Assembly (NCBI GenBank): GCA_041750285.1
Contig: JBGSZS010000018.1
Coordinates: 288,001-352,000 of the forward strand
Direction: 5' to 3'
Length of the DNA: 64,000 nucleotides
Source of the DNA: Candidatus Fermentibacteraceae bacterium
GTDB taxonomy: Bacteria > Fermentibacterota > Fermentibacteria > Fermentibacterales > JCC-6
Shown here: positions 1 through 9,977 of the stretch, piece by piece
Position numbering within the stretch: position 1 is the first letter of the stretch
Layout: every line of letters begins with the position of its first letter
The notes under the pieces: generated by a model
Told to the model about the DNA's origin: nothing
The model's database searches: none
Seen by the model: the letters and a program-made list of their open reading frames with translations, nothing else
Position numbers and translations under genes: made by a program

Positions 1-8
1 GAGAGGAT

Positions 9-46
9 GTCATAATATTGACTGTCCCTTCGGTTGCGTGTATCGT
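9..46 (+). promoter_or_regulatory. Putative sigma70 promoter (TTGACT-17-TATCGT) overlapped by a GTCA-N6-TGAC palindrome
   Basis: -35 at 18-23, -10 at 41-46, ATG at 53 with no SD; palindrome at 9-22. Confidence 0.45.
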
Positions 47-52
47 TGAAAT

Positions 53-1417
53 ATGAACGAGGAATCCACCAACCGGTACAGGGTTCTGGTGGTCGACGAC
101 GATCACCAGGTTCTCGACCTTGTCAGCGAGGTCCTTCGGATGGCGGGTTTCCAGAGCGCTTCCGCCATGAACGCAAGGCAGGCGCTTGCAAACCTTCGCC
201 GCGAGCAGTTCCATCTCCTCATAACCGACGTACGCCTTCCCGACTCAAGCGGAATCGACCTGCTCCGGATCGTACGTGACAAGTATCCCAATCTCCCCGC
301 GATCGTGGTGACCGGCTACGCCTCCATAGATGGAACGAAGGAGGCACTGAACCTCGGGGCAGTCGACTACATTCCCAAACCATTCACGCCATCGCAGTTG
401 CTGAGCGCAGTCGAAAGAGCCATTGCCTCATCCGGCGGCCAGGGGGGCTCAACTGCGGGCAAGGGCTTGGTCAGCCACAGCCGGAAGATGAAAAGTGTGC
501 TCGATCTGGTCCGCCAGGTTGCGGATACGGGCAGCACCGTACTGATCACAGGAGAGAGCGGCACGGGCAAGGAACTGGTCGCAAGGCTTCTTCACCGCCA
601 GAGCAGAAGGGCGGCAATGCCGTTTGTCAGCGTGAACTCGGGAGGCATACCCGAAGGGCTTCTGGAGAGCGAGCTGTTCGGTCACATCAAGGGTTCCTAC
701 ACCGGCGCCCATTCGACAACCATCGGCAGGTTTCAGGCCGCCGAGGGGGGAACACTGTTCCTCGACGAAGTGGGAAACATGAGCATGGCCATGCAGGTCA
801 AGCTTCTTCGAACGCTTCAGGAACGTGAGATCACTCCGGTCGGGGCCAACAACTCGGTCAACATCGATGTCAGGCTCGTAGCGGCAACCAACTCCGATCT
901 CGAAGCCGGAGTGAGGGCCGGAAGTTTCAGGGAAGACCTGTACTTCAGGATCAACGTCATCGACATCCACATTCCTCCCCTGCGGGAGAGGCGGGAAGAC
1001 ATCATCCCCCTGGCCGAGCACTTCCTTGCTGCCCATTCGGCAGGCAGGGACATCGATCTCTTCCTCTCACCGCAGACTGCGGCCCTTCTCACCACATACG
1101 CCTGGCCCGGAAACGTCAGGGAGTTGGAAAACGCCATGGAAAGGGCATCGGTGCTGTCTCCGGGCGAGATACTGCCCTCACATCTGCCCTCCAGGCTGGC
1201 TGCGGAGTTTCCGGGGGAGATATCCCTTCCGTCTGAAGGCGGCGGGCTGGACGAAATTGTCGCTGCGGTTGAACGGGTCTATATTCTCAACGCGCTCAGG
1301 AATTGTGGAGGGGTCAGATCCAGGGCAGCCAGACTGCTTGGCATCAAAAGGACCACGCTTCTGGCCAGGATGCGCAGGCTTGGGCTCGAGCACGAGCTGG
1401 AAAGGGCGCCGGAATGA
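53..1417 (+). CDS. Sigma54-dependent response regulator (NtrC/AtoC family: REC-AAA+-Fis HTH)
   Basis: REC (VVDDD, ITD, KPF), Walker A GESGTGKE, ESELFGH..GSYTGA, FLDEV, WPGNVREL, C-terminal HTH. Confidence 0.95.
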   Translation: MNEESTNRYRVLVVDDDHQVLDLVSEVLRMAGFQSASAMNARQALANLRREQFHLLITDVRLPDSSGIDLLRIVRDKYPNLPAIVVTGYASIDGTKEALNLGAVDYIPKPFTPSQLLSAVERAIASSGGQGGSTAGKGLVSHSRKMKSVLDLVRQVADTGSTVLITGESGTGKELVARLLHRQSRRAAMPFVSVNSGGIPEGLLESELFGHIKGSYTGAHSTTIGRFQAAEGGTLFLDEVGNMSMAMQVKLLRTLQEREITPVGANNSVNIDVRLVAATNSDLEAGVRAGSFREDLYFRINVIDIHIPPLRERREDIIPLAEHFLAAHSAGRDIDLFLSPQTAALLTTYAWPGNVRELENAMERASVLSPGEILPSHLPSRLAAEFPGEISLPSEGGGLDEIVAAVERVYILNALRNCGGVRSRAARLLGIKRTTLLARMRRLGLEHELERAPE

Positions 1418-3402
1418 GCCCCAATAGGACGCGTGTACTTGTCATCGACGACGACCCCCAGATCCTTGATGTGTGCCGTGAAGGGCTTCTTGCCGGCGGC
1501 TACGAGGTTACCACCGCAGCCACAGGCTCCGCAGCTCAGGCTGCCCTGTCCAAAACGGCGTTCTCACTGGTTCTTTGCGACGTTCTCCTGCCGGACACCA
1601 ACGGGCTTGAACTGCTTGAGTACATGACGTCCCGTTTCCCCGACACTTTTGTGATAATAACGACCGGTCACGCTTCGATCGATCTTGCGAAAGAGGCGAT
1701 GCGTCAGGGCGCCTTCGATTTCATCTCGAAGCCATACACAATGGGAGATCTGCTTGACACGGTCCGGCGTGCCGAGATCTCCCAGAGAAGCCTCTTCAGC
1801 GACATCGCCTACAAAGAGCTGAAAATGCTCTACGAACTCACCACGGAGACCTGGCTGTCCGATGTCTCCGTAAGCTCCTTCCTCGGCGTATACGCCGCAA
1901 AGATCCAGGAGAGCTTCTCCGCCGATGCCGTTCGCATCTATCTTACCGAATCCCCCCGGAGCACCAGGCTGAAGCTCATGGCCCAGTCGGGTATGAGCGG
2001 CATATCCGACGAGGTCTCGTGGTACTTCCTTGCCGGAAGGACCATGCAGGCCGGAGGCGAGGTCATGATCGATCCCGGGGCCGAGAACCCAGATCTGGCG
2101 GGGAACAGCTCGGCCTTCATGGGAATCGTAATCCCCGCGGGAGACATCCACCTCGGGGTTGTGCTCGCGTCGAGGCAGGGTCACCGCGACAAGTTCAAGA
2201 CCCGCGACCTCAAGATGCTTGAGCTTTATTCGGCCCAGATGGGCAACCAGCTCCACAACCTCAGGATGACACAGGATCTCCTTCGAAAGAACAGGGAACT
2301 CGAACAGATCAACATCCTCACCCATGAATTCAGCACCGACCTCAACCCGGAAAAGGTGGCCCGGCTCGCCGCATCTGGGATCCGGTGCTTCGCCCCCTTC
2401 GATGTGCTGGCTCTTTTCATTCCCTGGAGCGACGCCTCCCACTTCAGCTACATCTCCGCCGATGCGTCTCTCGATCCGGACAGGGTTGTCAAAGCGGTGA
2501 GGAAAGAGCTTTCAGCCATGGTTCACGCCGATGACATCGAACGGTACATGTGCAGGGCCGTATACCATACCTTCACTGCGGGCAGGAAGAAGGAGTTCGA
2601 CCGCCCCCCCGAGTTCCAGGTGCTGTCCCTTCCCGATTACGGAAGCATCCAGGGAAACATGCTCATGGGAACGTTCAGCGGTGAACATCGGCTGACCAGC
2701 CAGTCCCGCTTCACTCCGATCCTCATCAGAAACGCTCTGGCGGCCCTGAACAACGCGCTTCTCCACCAGGACAGCAAACGGAACTATCTGCAGACCATTG
2801 TCGCAATGGCACAGGCTGTTGACGCGAAAGACCCCTACACCCACGACCACTCCAGGAACGTCACGGCCTACACGCTTGCCATTGCTGACGGCATGGGCAT
2901 TTCGGGCAGGGATCGCGAACTCCTCTGGAGCGCGGCCCTTCTGCACGACATCGGCAAGATAGGCATCCCCGAATCAATACTGAACAAACCGGGCCGCCTC
3001 TCCGAAGAGGAATTCAGGATCATCAAGTCTCACTCTGAAAAGGGCTGCCAGATACTGAAACCGGTGACCGCCTTCCAGGGCATTCTGGAAATAGTGAGAC
3101 ACCATCACGAGAGGTTCGACGGCAACGGGTATCCGGACGGTCTCAGGGAGAAGGCCATTCCCCGCCAGGCCAGGATCCTGACAGTCGCCGACGCCTACGA
3201 CGCAATGAGCAGCGACAGGGTATACCGCAAGTCACCCGGGGCAGACTACGCCATCGACCAGCTCGTTCAGCGCTCAGGAACCCAGTTCGATCCCGAGATA
3301 GCCGGCCTGTTCATGAGGATACTCCGAAGCCGCTCACCCGAGGCGATCCTCGAGAGCTACAACAGGGCAATGGGGGAGGGAATCCCGGTTCCGCCTGCAT
3401 GA
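1414..3402 (+). CDS. Response regulator with GAF-like domains and an HD-GYP cyclic-dinucleotide phosphodiesterase domain
   Basis: ATGA overlap at 1414; REC domain; DAKDPYT..HS, LHDIGKIG, HHERFDGNGYP, VADAYDAM. Confidence 0.93.
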   Translation: MSPNRTRVLVIDDDPQILDVCREGLLAGGYEVTTAATGSAAQAALSKTAFSLVLCDVLLPDTNGLELLEYMTSRFPDTFVIITTGHASIDLAKEAMRQGAFDFISKPYTMGDLLDTVRRAEISQRSLFSDIAYKELKMLYELTTETWLSDVSVSSFLGVYAAKIQESFSADAVRIYLTESPRSTRLKLMAQSGMSGISDEVSWYFLAGRTMQAGGEVMIDPGAENPDLAGNSSAFMGIVIPAGDIHLGVVLASRQGHRDKFKTRDLKMLELYSAQMGNQLHNLRMTQDLLRKNRELEQINILTHEFSTDLNPEKVARLAASGIRCFAPFDVLALFIPWSDASHFSYISADASLDPDRVVKAVRKELSAMVHADDIERYMCRAVYHTFTAGRKKEFDRPPEFQVLSLPDYGSIQGNMLMGTFSGEHRLTSQSRFTPILIRNALAALNNALLHQDSKRNYLQTIVAMAQAVDAKDPYTHDHSRNVTAYTLAIADGMGISGRDRELLWSAALLHDIGKIGIPESILNKPGRLSEEEFRIIKSHSEKGCQILKPVTAFQGILEIVRHHHERFDGNGYPDGLREKAIPRQARILTVADAYDAMSSDRVYRKSPGADYAIDQLVQRSGTQFDPEIAGLFMRILRSRSPEAILESYNRAMGEGIPVPPA

Positions 3403-3459
3403 CGGGCAACCCGGACCAGCCCCTCCTTCGAACGAACGATACAGTGAAGGGAAAAGCAA

Positions 3460-4737
3460 ATGTCCGAAATAGCAGTTGTTCACTCGAGACAGATCCTCGA
3501 TTCCAGGGGCAACCCGACGCTTGAAACGGATGTCTACCTCGAAGACGGCTCGTTCGGACGGGCCGCCGTGCCAAGCGGCGCCTCCACGGGCGAGCACGAA
3601 GCCTGCGAGCTTCGTGACGGCGGCGAGGCATTCGGGGGCAGGGGGGTTTCCAGGGCCGTTTCCAATGTCATCAACAGAATAGGACCCGCGGTGGTTGGAA
3701 TGTCGGCCCTTGAGCAGTACGAGCTCGACAGGATCATGATCGATCTGGACGGAACCGCCAACAAGTCCGAACTGGGCGCCAACGCAATCCTCAGCGTTTC
3801 CATGGCTGTCTCCCGGGCCGCCGCAGACAGCCTTGGCGTGCCCCTTTACCGGTACCTCGGCGGACCCATGGCAAGGGTGCTTCCGGTGCCCATGATGAAC
3901 ATTCTGAACGGGGGGGCGCATGCCTCGAACATGATCGACCTTCAGGAGTTCATGATAGTGCCGGCCGGTTTTCAGACCTTCGGCAGAGCCCTGCGGGCAG
4001 GCGCCGAAGTCTTCGCCGCACTGAAAAAACTCGCATCCGCCCGGAACATGCCCACATCTGTAGGTGACGAGGGCGGGCTGGCGCCCGACCTTCCTGACAA
4101 CCGGGCGGTCCTCAGCTTCATCCTCGAGTCGGTCGAGAAAGCCGGATACGCTCCGGGCAGGGACATCTTCATCGCCCTCGATCCCGCTGCAAGCGGCTTC
4201 TTCCGCAACGGGCGCTACACGATGAACGGCGAGCGGACCGACGGTTTCAGCAGCGCAGAACTGGTCGACTACTGGGCTGAACTTGTCAGCGAGTTTCCCA
4301 TCCTCAGCATCGAGGACGGCCTTGCCGAGGATGACTGGGAGGGCTGGCGCCTCATGAACGGGAAGCTCGGCGGAAAGATACACATCGTGGGCGACGATCT
4401 TTTCGTCACCAACGCGAAAAGGCTCAGAGAGGGCATCGAGACCGGAGCCGCGAACGCAATTCTCATCAAGCTGAACCAGATAGGCACGGTGAGTGAGACC
4501 CTGGGCGCGATCGAAATGGCTCACAGGGCTGGAATGAGGGCTGTGGTCAGCCACCGCAGCGGCGAAACGTCAGACTCGTACATCGCCGACCTCGCCGTGG
4601 CAACGGGAACCGGTTTCATTAAAACAGGTTCGGCATGCAGAGGCGAGCGGACGGAAAAGTACAACCAGCTCCTCCGGATCGAGGAAGAGCTGGGAGGGTC
4701 CGCCCTCTACGCCGGACCATGGGCAGGCAGGGGCTGA
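3460..4737 (+). CDS. eno: Enolase
   Basis: [52 protein letters not shown]. Confidence 0.99.
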   Translation: MSEIAVVHSRQILDSRGNPTLETDVYLEDGSFGRAAVPSGASTGEHEACELRDGGEAFGGRGVSRAVSNVINRIGPAVVGMSALEQYELDRIMIDLDGTANKSELGANAILSVSMAVSRAAADSLGVPLYRYLGGPMARVLPVPMMNILNGGAHASNMIDLQEFMIVPAGFQTFGRALRAGAEVFAALKKLASARNMPTSVGDEGGLAPDLPDNRAVLSFILESVEKAGYAPGRDIFIALDPAASGFFRNGRYTMNGERTDGFSSAELVDYWAELVSEFPILSIEDGLAEDDWEGWRLMNGKLGGKIHIVGDDLFVTNAKRLREGIETGAANAILIKLNQIGTVSETLGAIEMAHRAGMRAVVSHRSGETSDSYIADLAVATGTGFIKTGSACRGERTEKYNQLLRIEEELGGSALYAGPWAGRG

Positions 4738-4760
4738 GCTTGGCCTTTTCAGCACCGGGA

Positions 4761-5054
4761 ATGGAGAAAACGGGGAGGGGGCGTTACATCGCCCTTCTCC
4801 TCGCCGTTCTGCTGCTGGTGACCGCCGCCCTCGTACTTTTCAACCGGAACGGCTTCCTCGCCAACAGGCGGCTGCAGCTCCAGATGCAGGAGACGGCGAG
4901 AGAGATCGATTCAAGGGCGGCCCTGCTTGACTCGCTGGAGGAGTGTGCCCGAAGGCTGACCACCGATTCCCTCTTCATGGAAACCCGCGTCCGGGAAGTG
5001 CTGGGGTGGGGAAGACCCGATGAGCACATCGTGAGGTTCGTGGAACCGGAGTGA
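4761..5054 (+). CDS. ftsB: Septum formation initiator (FtsB/DivIC family)
   Basis: Single TM, coiled coil, E..VRE.LG..RPDE motif; directly after eno (conserved synteny). Confidence 0.75.
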   Translation: MEKTGRGRYIALLLAVLLLVTAALVLFNRNGFLANRRLQLQMQETAREIDSRAALLDSLEECARRLTTDSLFMETRVREVLGWGRPDEHIVRFVEPE

Positions 5055-6352
5055 AAAAGACATCCCTTTCCATTCCGCTGCTGTCGATTCTATGCACGGC
5101 ACCCCTGGTGGTGATGATCCTCTCTGCCAGCTTCATGCCCGACTCCGACAGGGCCGCCCACTCCCTGTGGGCGGGGCAGCTCCTGCGGGAAGGCAGCCTT
5201 TCGATCTCCCCCGACGGCGTGGTTGACGACTGGAAGGCATTCTACCCCAACACGGTGCCAAAACCCGCCGACCTGTTTCTCGGTGTCATGGGCACCCTGT
5301 CCGGGCCGTTCCTTGAGGGCATGTTATGGACGGCGCTTTCCTGGGCGGCGATCTTCGGCGCCATGAAAGCTGCGGGTGGCGGATTGCCAGGTACCGCTAC
5401 GGGGGTGTTCCTGGGTCTCAACCCGGTCTTTTTGAACCTCTGCATGACAAGAAGCCCCGCAGTGCCTTTCATGGCTCTCATTTACACCGGCGTCTCGGGC
5501 AATTCCCCCGCAGCATTCGCCCTGTCATCCCTGGTGCGCCCCGAGGGGTTCATCTTCGGGGTATGGAAGGCACTCAGGGCGAGAAGTTTCAAGGCAGTTC
5601 CCATCCTGGTCCTGTCTGCGGGAGTATGGGCTCTTTTGAACTCACAGGCGTGCGGAGACCTTTTCTGGTCGGGGCGGGAGGTCCGTTACTGCGTTGCCGC
5701 AATGGGTTACGGAACTCCGAACGTGATCACCTACGTTCCATGGCTCTTCCTGAGGGCGGTGGCGGTTCTCGGCCCGCTTCCCCTCGCGGCACTGCTTTGC
5801 AGGGCGGCGAGCTGGGACCTCGGGCGTCCCGTCCTGCTCAACTTTTTGTTTCTCTGGGTCGGGCTGGCTTTCGGAAGCCTCGTTCTCCCCCGGTACGCCG
5901 ATCAGATACTGCTTCTTGCGGTTCCCTTCGCCATGGGCGCTGTGCTCGGCTCGTTCCGCGGCATGGGCCCGGTGGCGGCGGTTGCTCTCTGTTTGGCAGG
6001 AGCGGCGCTTCCATGGGCGGACACCATCGATTCCTGGGGCACCGAGGCGGCGCTCGACCGTAACCTCGGGGCCGTCTCGGCATCACTGCCTGACGGCATT
6101 ATCGCGGCCAACGAACTTGTCATTCCAAGACTGGCCATTCTCGACGGAGGAAGGGGCTATCCGGACAGGTATGTCGCACTGGACAGGGCGGTTTGGGAGG
6201 GCGCCGGGGAGGACGACCTTCTGGGCCACGGGGTGACCGCAATCGTTATCTTCAGGGATGACTTCTACCTCTCGGACCATGCCGCAGCATGGATCGACAC
6301 ACTGTCGGGAAGGATCCCTTTGTTCGACATATCACCACCCCGGTCTCGATGA
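5051..6352 (+). CDS. Polytopic membrane protein, possibly a GT-C fold glycosyltransferase
   Basis: Many TM segments; PKP loop and LVRPEG motif; GTGA/ATGA coupled to both neighbours. Confidence 0.5.
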   Translation: MKKTSLSIPLLSILCTAPLVVMILSASFMPDSDRAAHSLWAGQLLREGSLSISPDGVVDDWKAFYPNTVPKPADLFLGVMGTLSGPFLEGMLWTALSWAAIFGAMKAAGGGLPGTATGVFLGLNPVFLNLCMTRSPAVPFMALIYTGVSGNSPAAFALSSLVRPEGFIFGVWKALRARSFKAVPILVLSAGVWALLNSQACGDLFWSGREVRYCVAAMGYGTPNVITYVPWLFLRAVAVLGPLPLAALLCRAASWDLGRPVLLNFLFLWVGLAFGSLVLPRYADQILLLAVPFAMGAVLGSFRGMGPVAAVALCLAGAALPWADTIDSWGTEAALDRNLGAVSASLPDGIIAANELVIPRLAILDGGRGYPDRYVALDRAVWEGAGEDDLLGHGVTAIVIFRDDFYLSDHAAAWIDTLSGRIPLFDISPPRSR

Positions 6353-7269
6353 CGGCAAGAATACGGGTGCAGTCCGCCGGAAGAAGGGGCGTCGTACTGG
6401 CCCTGCCCGGCGGTGAGACCGTCAAGGCTTCGGTCTCGGGGATCGTCTATCGCGATTCGGGCGGACCGGTGTGCGGCGATGTGGTCGAGGCCGTACCTGA
6501 AAGCCCAAGATGGCGCGTGACGGCCATCTCTGAAAGAACCAGCGTTCTCACCCGCACCTCCCCCCTGGGAAAGCCTCAGGTACTGGCCGCCAACATCGAC
6601 AGGGTCCTGGTGGTGGCATCCATCTGTTCCCCGGCCCTCAGAAGGGGTTTTCTCGACAGGGTCCTGGCTTCGGCTGAACACAGCGGTCTCAGCTGCTCGG
6701 TCGTTTTGAACAAGGCCGATCTTGCCGACCACCCCGAGGCCGCCTCGCTGCCCGAGATACAAAGGGTGTATGGCGAAGGGGCGGGGTACAGGGTCCTTGT
6801 GGTTTCGGCGAAAACCGGGATGGGCATGGAGCAGCTTTCCGCATTCATAGAAGGGCAGACCGTTGTCCTCACAGGTCCCTCCGGGGCCGGCAAGTCGTCC
6901 GTAGCCATGAAGCTTAACCCCGGGCTGGATCTGGCGGTGGGCGCCCTGAATCGGAAAACCTCGCGGGGGCGCCACACAACCGTTGCTGCCAGGCTCCTGC
7001 ACCTGTGGGGAGACACATGGATGATGGATACCCCGGGACTCAGGGCCTTTTCCATCGAGCACATACCGGACGATGAACTATGGCTGTGTTTCCCCGAGTT
7101 CAGGGGTCTCGAACCATGCCGCTACAGGAACTGCCTGCACGACTCAGAACCCGGTTGTCCCGTGCGTGACGGTGTGGCATCCGGCTCGATAGACCGGGAT
7201 CGTTACGACTCTTATCTCAAGCTTCTTGGTGAGATACGGGAGGGACGCCCCGTGGGCGTCCGGGAATGA
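6349..7269 (+). CDS. rsgA: Ribosome small subunit-dependent GTPase A
   Basis: AANID, NKAD, GPSGAGKSS, GRHTT, DTPG, Zn site CRYRNCLHDSEPGC. Confidence 0.95.
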   Translation: MTARIRVQSAGRRGVVLALPGGETVKASVSGIVYRDSGGPVCGDVVEAVPESPRWRVTAISERTSVLTRTSPLGKPQVLAANIDRVLVVASICSPALRRGFLDRVLASAEHSGLSCSVVLNKADLADHPEAASLPEIQRVYGEGAGYRVLVVSAKTGMGMEQLSAFIEGQTVVLTGPSGAGKSSVAMKLNPGLDLAVGALNRKTSRGRHTTVAARLLHLWGDTWMMDTPGLRAFSIEHIPDDELWLCFPEFRGLEPCRYRNCLHDSEPGCPVRDGVASGSIDRDRYDSYLKLLGEIREGRPVGVRE

Positions 7270-7301
7270 AAAAAAGAAAGTTATCCGGTGTTTTCGTTTT
7301 C

Positions 7302-8153
7302 TCACAGACGCGGCAGCCCGGGGGCGACCCGGGTTCTGAGCGAGGATAGCGCCGCAGCGTAGCCTTTCCGTTCCGGCGAGGACCCCGGAAAGATGCCCAT
7401 CCTGACAAGGCACTTCAGCATGACGAGCCGGCGCACCGCTTCGGAGGAGTCCGGCCGGTTCAGGTCGAACCACTTCCACATCCCCCAGTGAAAGCACGCC
7501 AGCCTCACCTCGCCCGCCGACGGGGCACCGGAGCCCTCCCGGTGGACGAACCTCGCCTTTTCGCAGAAACGGGTCTCGATGGCCTTGGCATGGGCCCTGG
7601 CGCAAAGGTCTACATCCTCGAAGTACAGGGGATAATCCCTGTGAAAACCCCCAAGTGTATCCAGAAACAATGATCTTTCCACAAGTATGAGGGCGCCCTG
7701 GACCCAGTTCGGGGGCGTTCCCTGCCATAGGGTTTTCGCCCTTCGGAACACCTGGGCGGCTACCCACGGAACCGTGGGCCATCGGCCGCCGGAAGGGATC
7801 GGCTTTCCGGTGCCGTCGAGCAGGACCGCTCCCGACAGGGTGCCTTCGCGGTGATGATCAAGCAGCGCCGCAAGTGAGCGGGGGTTTTCAGGAACGGTGT
7901 CGGGGTTGGTGACGAGTACCAGAGGGGTGGCGCAGGCCGCAACCGCGATGTTCACGCCGCAACCGAAGCCCAGGTTGCCACCGGTCCGGATCACGGGAAC
8001 GTCCGATCTTCCGGGAAACCCGTCCGATGAGCCGTTGTCCGCCACAAGGAGGCGGCACCCCGTCGGGGTCCAGGCGTCCCGCCAATGAAGGAGGGCCCCG
8101 CCGCTGTTGGCAGCCACGGTGAGAACCGTGATGTCGCCCGGCGAAGCCCTCAT
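7302..8153 (-). CDS. Family 2 glycosyltransferase (rhamnosyltransferase-like)
   Basis: DNGSSD, NLGFG.GVN, NPD, GGF...YPLYFEDVDLC.R. Confidence 0.85.
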   Translation of the reverse strand: MRASPGDITVLTVAANSGGALLHWRDAWTPTGCRLLVADNGSSDGFPGRSDVPVIRTGGNLGFGCGVNIAVAACATPLVLVTNPDTVPENPRSLAALLDHHREGTLSGAVLLDGTGKPIPSGGRWPTVPWVAAQVFRRAKTLWQGTPPNWVQGALILVERSLFLDTLGGFHRDYPLYFEDVDLCARAHAKAIETRFCEKARFVHREGSGAPSAGEVRLACFHWGMWKWFDLNRPDSSEAVRRLVMLKCLVRMGIFPGSSPERKGYAAALSSLRTRVAPGLPRL

Positions 8154-8177
8154 CAGTTACCGGCCGTTTCGGGGAAG

Positions 8178-9116
8178 CTAGAGAAGGGTGGCCACCATGA
8201 GGGCCTTAATGGTGTGCTTCCTGTTCTCGGCCTCGTCCCATACAACCGAGTTCGGGCCCTCAATGACGTCGTACGTTACTTCCTGTCCCTTCACGGCCGG
8301 AAGGCAGTGCATGAAGAGAACGTCGTTCCCGGCCATGTCCAGCATCTCCTGGTTCACCTGGTAGGGGGTGAGGAGCTTGATCCTGTCCTTTGCCTTCTCC
8401 TCCTCGCCCATGCTGGCCCAGACATCTGTGTAGATCACATCGGCGCCGGGGATTGCCTCGGTGAGTTTGTCGGTGACCCTTATCTCGCAGCCGCTGTCTG
8501 CCGCCACGCCCCGCACGCGCTCAAGAAGCCCGCCCTCGGGCTGAAGTTCCTTCGGGGCCAGGATGGTGCAGTCCAACCCCATCTTGGCGCAGCCGATCAT
8601 CAGGCTGTTGGCCATGTTGTTGCGGCCGTCGCCGGCGTAGACCAGTGAAAGGCCGGGAAGCTCGCCGGTGTGTTCCTCGATGGTCATCAGATCGGCCAGG
8701 ACCTGGGTGGGGTGAAACATGTCGGTCAGGGCGTTGTAGACCGGAACACCCGAATAGTCGTCCAGCGCTTCGACCATCTCCTGGCTGAACCCGCGGAACA
8801 TTATGGCGTCGAACATTCGCCCGAGGACCCTTGCGGTGTCCTCGATGCTCTCCTTCACGCCGAGCTGGATGTCGGCGCTGGAAAGGAAGACCGGGTGGCC
8901 GCCCTCCTCGCCGAAGGCGGTCTCGAAGGCACAGCGGGTGCGGGTCGAGCGCTTCTCGAAAAGCATGGCCAGGGTCTTGCCCTGAAAGCGCTGGTAGACC
9001 TGAAAGCCGGTCCGTTCAGCCTTGAGGTTGTGGGAAACGTCGAGCAGGTACCGGATCTGCTCGGGGCTCAGATCCAGAAGCGTCAGCAGGCTTTTGCCCC
9101 TGAGGTTGATTGCCAT
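8178..9116 (-). CDS. argF: Ornithine carbamoyltransferase
   Basis: FEKRSTRTR, HPTQ, DVWASMG, FMHCLPA, EAENRKH; anabolic vs catabolic role not resolved. Confidence 0.95.
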   Translation of the reverse strand: MAINLRGKSLLTLLDLSPEQIRYLLDVSHNLKAERTGFQVYQRFQGKTLAMLFEKRSTRTRCAFETAFGEEGGHPVFLSSADIQLGVKESIEDTARVLGRMFDAIMFRGFSQEMVEALDDYSGVPVYNALTDMFHPTQVLADLMTIEEHTGELPGLSLVYAGDGRNNMANSLMIGCAKMGLDCTILAPKELQPEGGLLERVRGVAADSGCEIRVTDKLTEAIPGADVIYTDVWASMGEEEKAKDRIKLLTPYQVNQEMLDMAGNDVLFMHCLPAVKGQEVTYDVIEGPNSVVWDEAENRKHTIKALMVATLL

Positions 9117-9129
9117 TGTTCCTCCCTTA

Positions 9130-9915
9130 TCAGTTCTTGAGTGAATCCCAGATTATGCTCAGAGCAAGGTCGGCCTTCCCGGGGCAGCACAGGTTTTCGG
9201 TGAGGATCACGATGCCGTAGTCCTCCCCGGACGGCTTCCGGACTATCAGGAATATATGCCGCGAGGAACCGGTCTCATCGAACCAGCCGTAGAGCATGTT
9301 CGAGGTTCCCATGGTTTCCCGGTTGGCCTGGGAGAGGGGAGGGTTGTCGCCTATGCGGCGTGCGTTCCTGTTCTCGATGTTCCGGTAGACTATCTCCAGA
9401 AAACCAAGGGCATCGTCCACCGTTATGTAGTTGGGATCGGGTTCGTAGGGAATCGGCGTGTCGAGGTATACACCGTTGACCACCGTTCCCGTAAAGCCTT
9501 CCTCGCTCAGCCACTCGGCGATGCGGGTTTCGCGGATGCTCCAGATGGCCGCCGCGCACATGCCCCTGCCTCCCTGCTGGGCCCAGTGAAGCCTCTCCCA
9601 GAACCTCTCGTTCCTGGCGATCATGCTGTCGAGCGGAATCTCGCCTGAGTTTGAGAGCTCGATCCCGATGGCAGCAATGGGAAGCGAGGGCATGTCGAGC
9701 CTGAAACTTCTGGAAAGGTTCCGGGTTGCCCTTTCGCCGCTGCGGAGGTCGACCACTCCTATCCCCCAGACTGCTCCGTCCAGGTCTGCAGCCCGCGAAA
9801 CCGCCCCGGCCACCCCGTCCGGAAGCCCTGTGGAAGGTGTGACAAGCGTGTCGGGGTTCTGGAGGACGAGGGGCTGACCCAGGAGAACCAGTGAGCCAAG
9901 CATTACGTGTAGCAT
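9130..9915 (-). CDS. Secreted protein resembling the class A beta-lactamase/serine hydrolase fold, with SxxK and KTG absent
   Basis: Signal peptide; WGIGVVDLRSGE...N..RSF, GEIPLD, NYITVDD...FL, terminal strand-strand-helix pattern. Confidence 0.5.
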   Translation of the reverse strand: MLHVMLGSLVLLGQPLVLQNPDTLVTPSTGLPDGVAGAVSRAADLDGAVWGIGVVDLRSGERATRNLSRSFRLDMPSLPIAAIGIELSNSGEIPLDSMIARNERFWERLHWAQQGGRGMCAAAIWSIRETRIAEWLSEEGFTGTVVNGVYLDTPIPYEPDPNYITVDDALGFLEIVYRNIENRNARRIGDNPPLSQANRETMGTSNMLYGWFDETGSSRHIFLIVRKPSGEDYGIVILTENLCCPGKADLALSIIWDSLKN

Positions 9916-9933
9916 GTGCTGAATCCTCCAAGC

Positions 9934-9959
9934 AAAAGGGGGGAGCCGAAGCCCCCCCC
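9934..9959 (-). terminator. Intrinsic terminator
   Basis: G/C stem with UUCG loop followed by TTTT on the minus strand, just downstream of the 9978 gene. Confidence 0.7.
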
Positions 9960-9977
9960 GGTGTGAAGCAGGATGTT

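Noticed and set aside
3334..4554. Long antisense or alternate-frame ORFs (e.g. 3334..4554-, 9891..10847+, 17540..18448+, 33940..34893-, 56150..57163+)
   Set aside because: Shadows of well-supported genes in GC-rich DNA with biased codon use; no motifs or RBS.
9130..9915. Antibiotic-resistance beta-lactamase
   Set aside because: No SxxK, SDN or KTG catalytic motifs.
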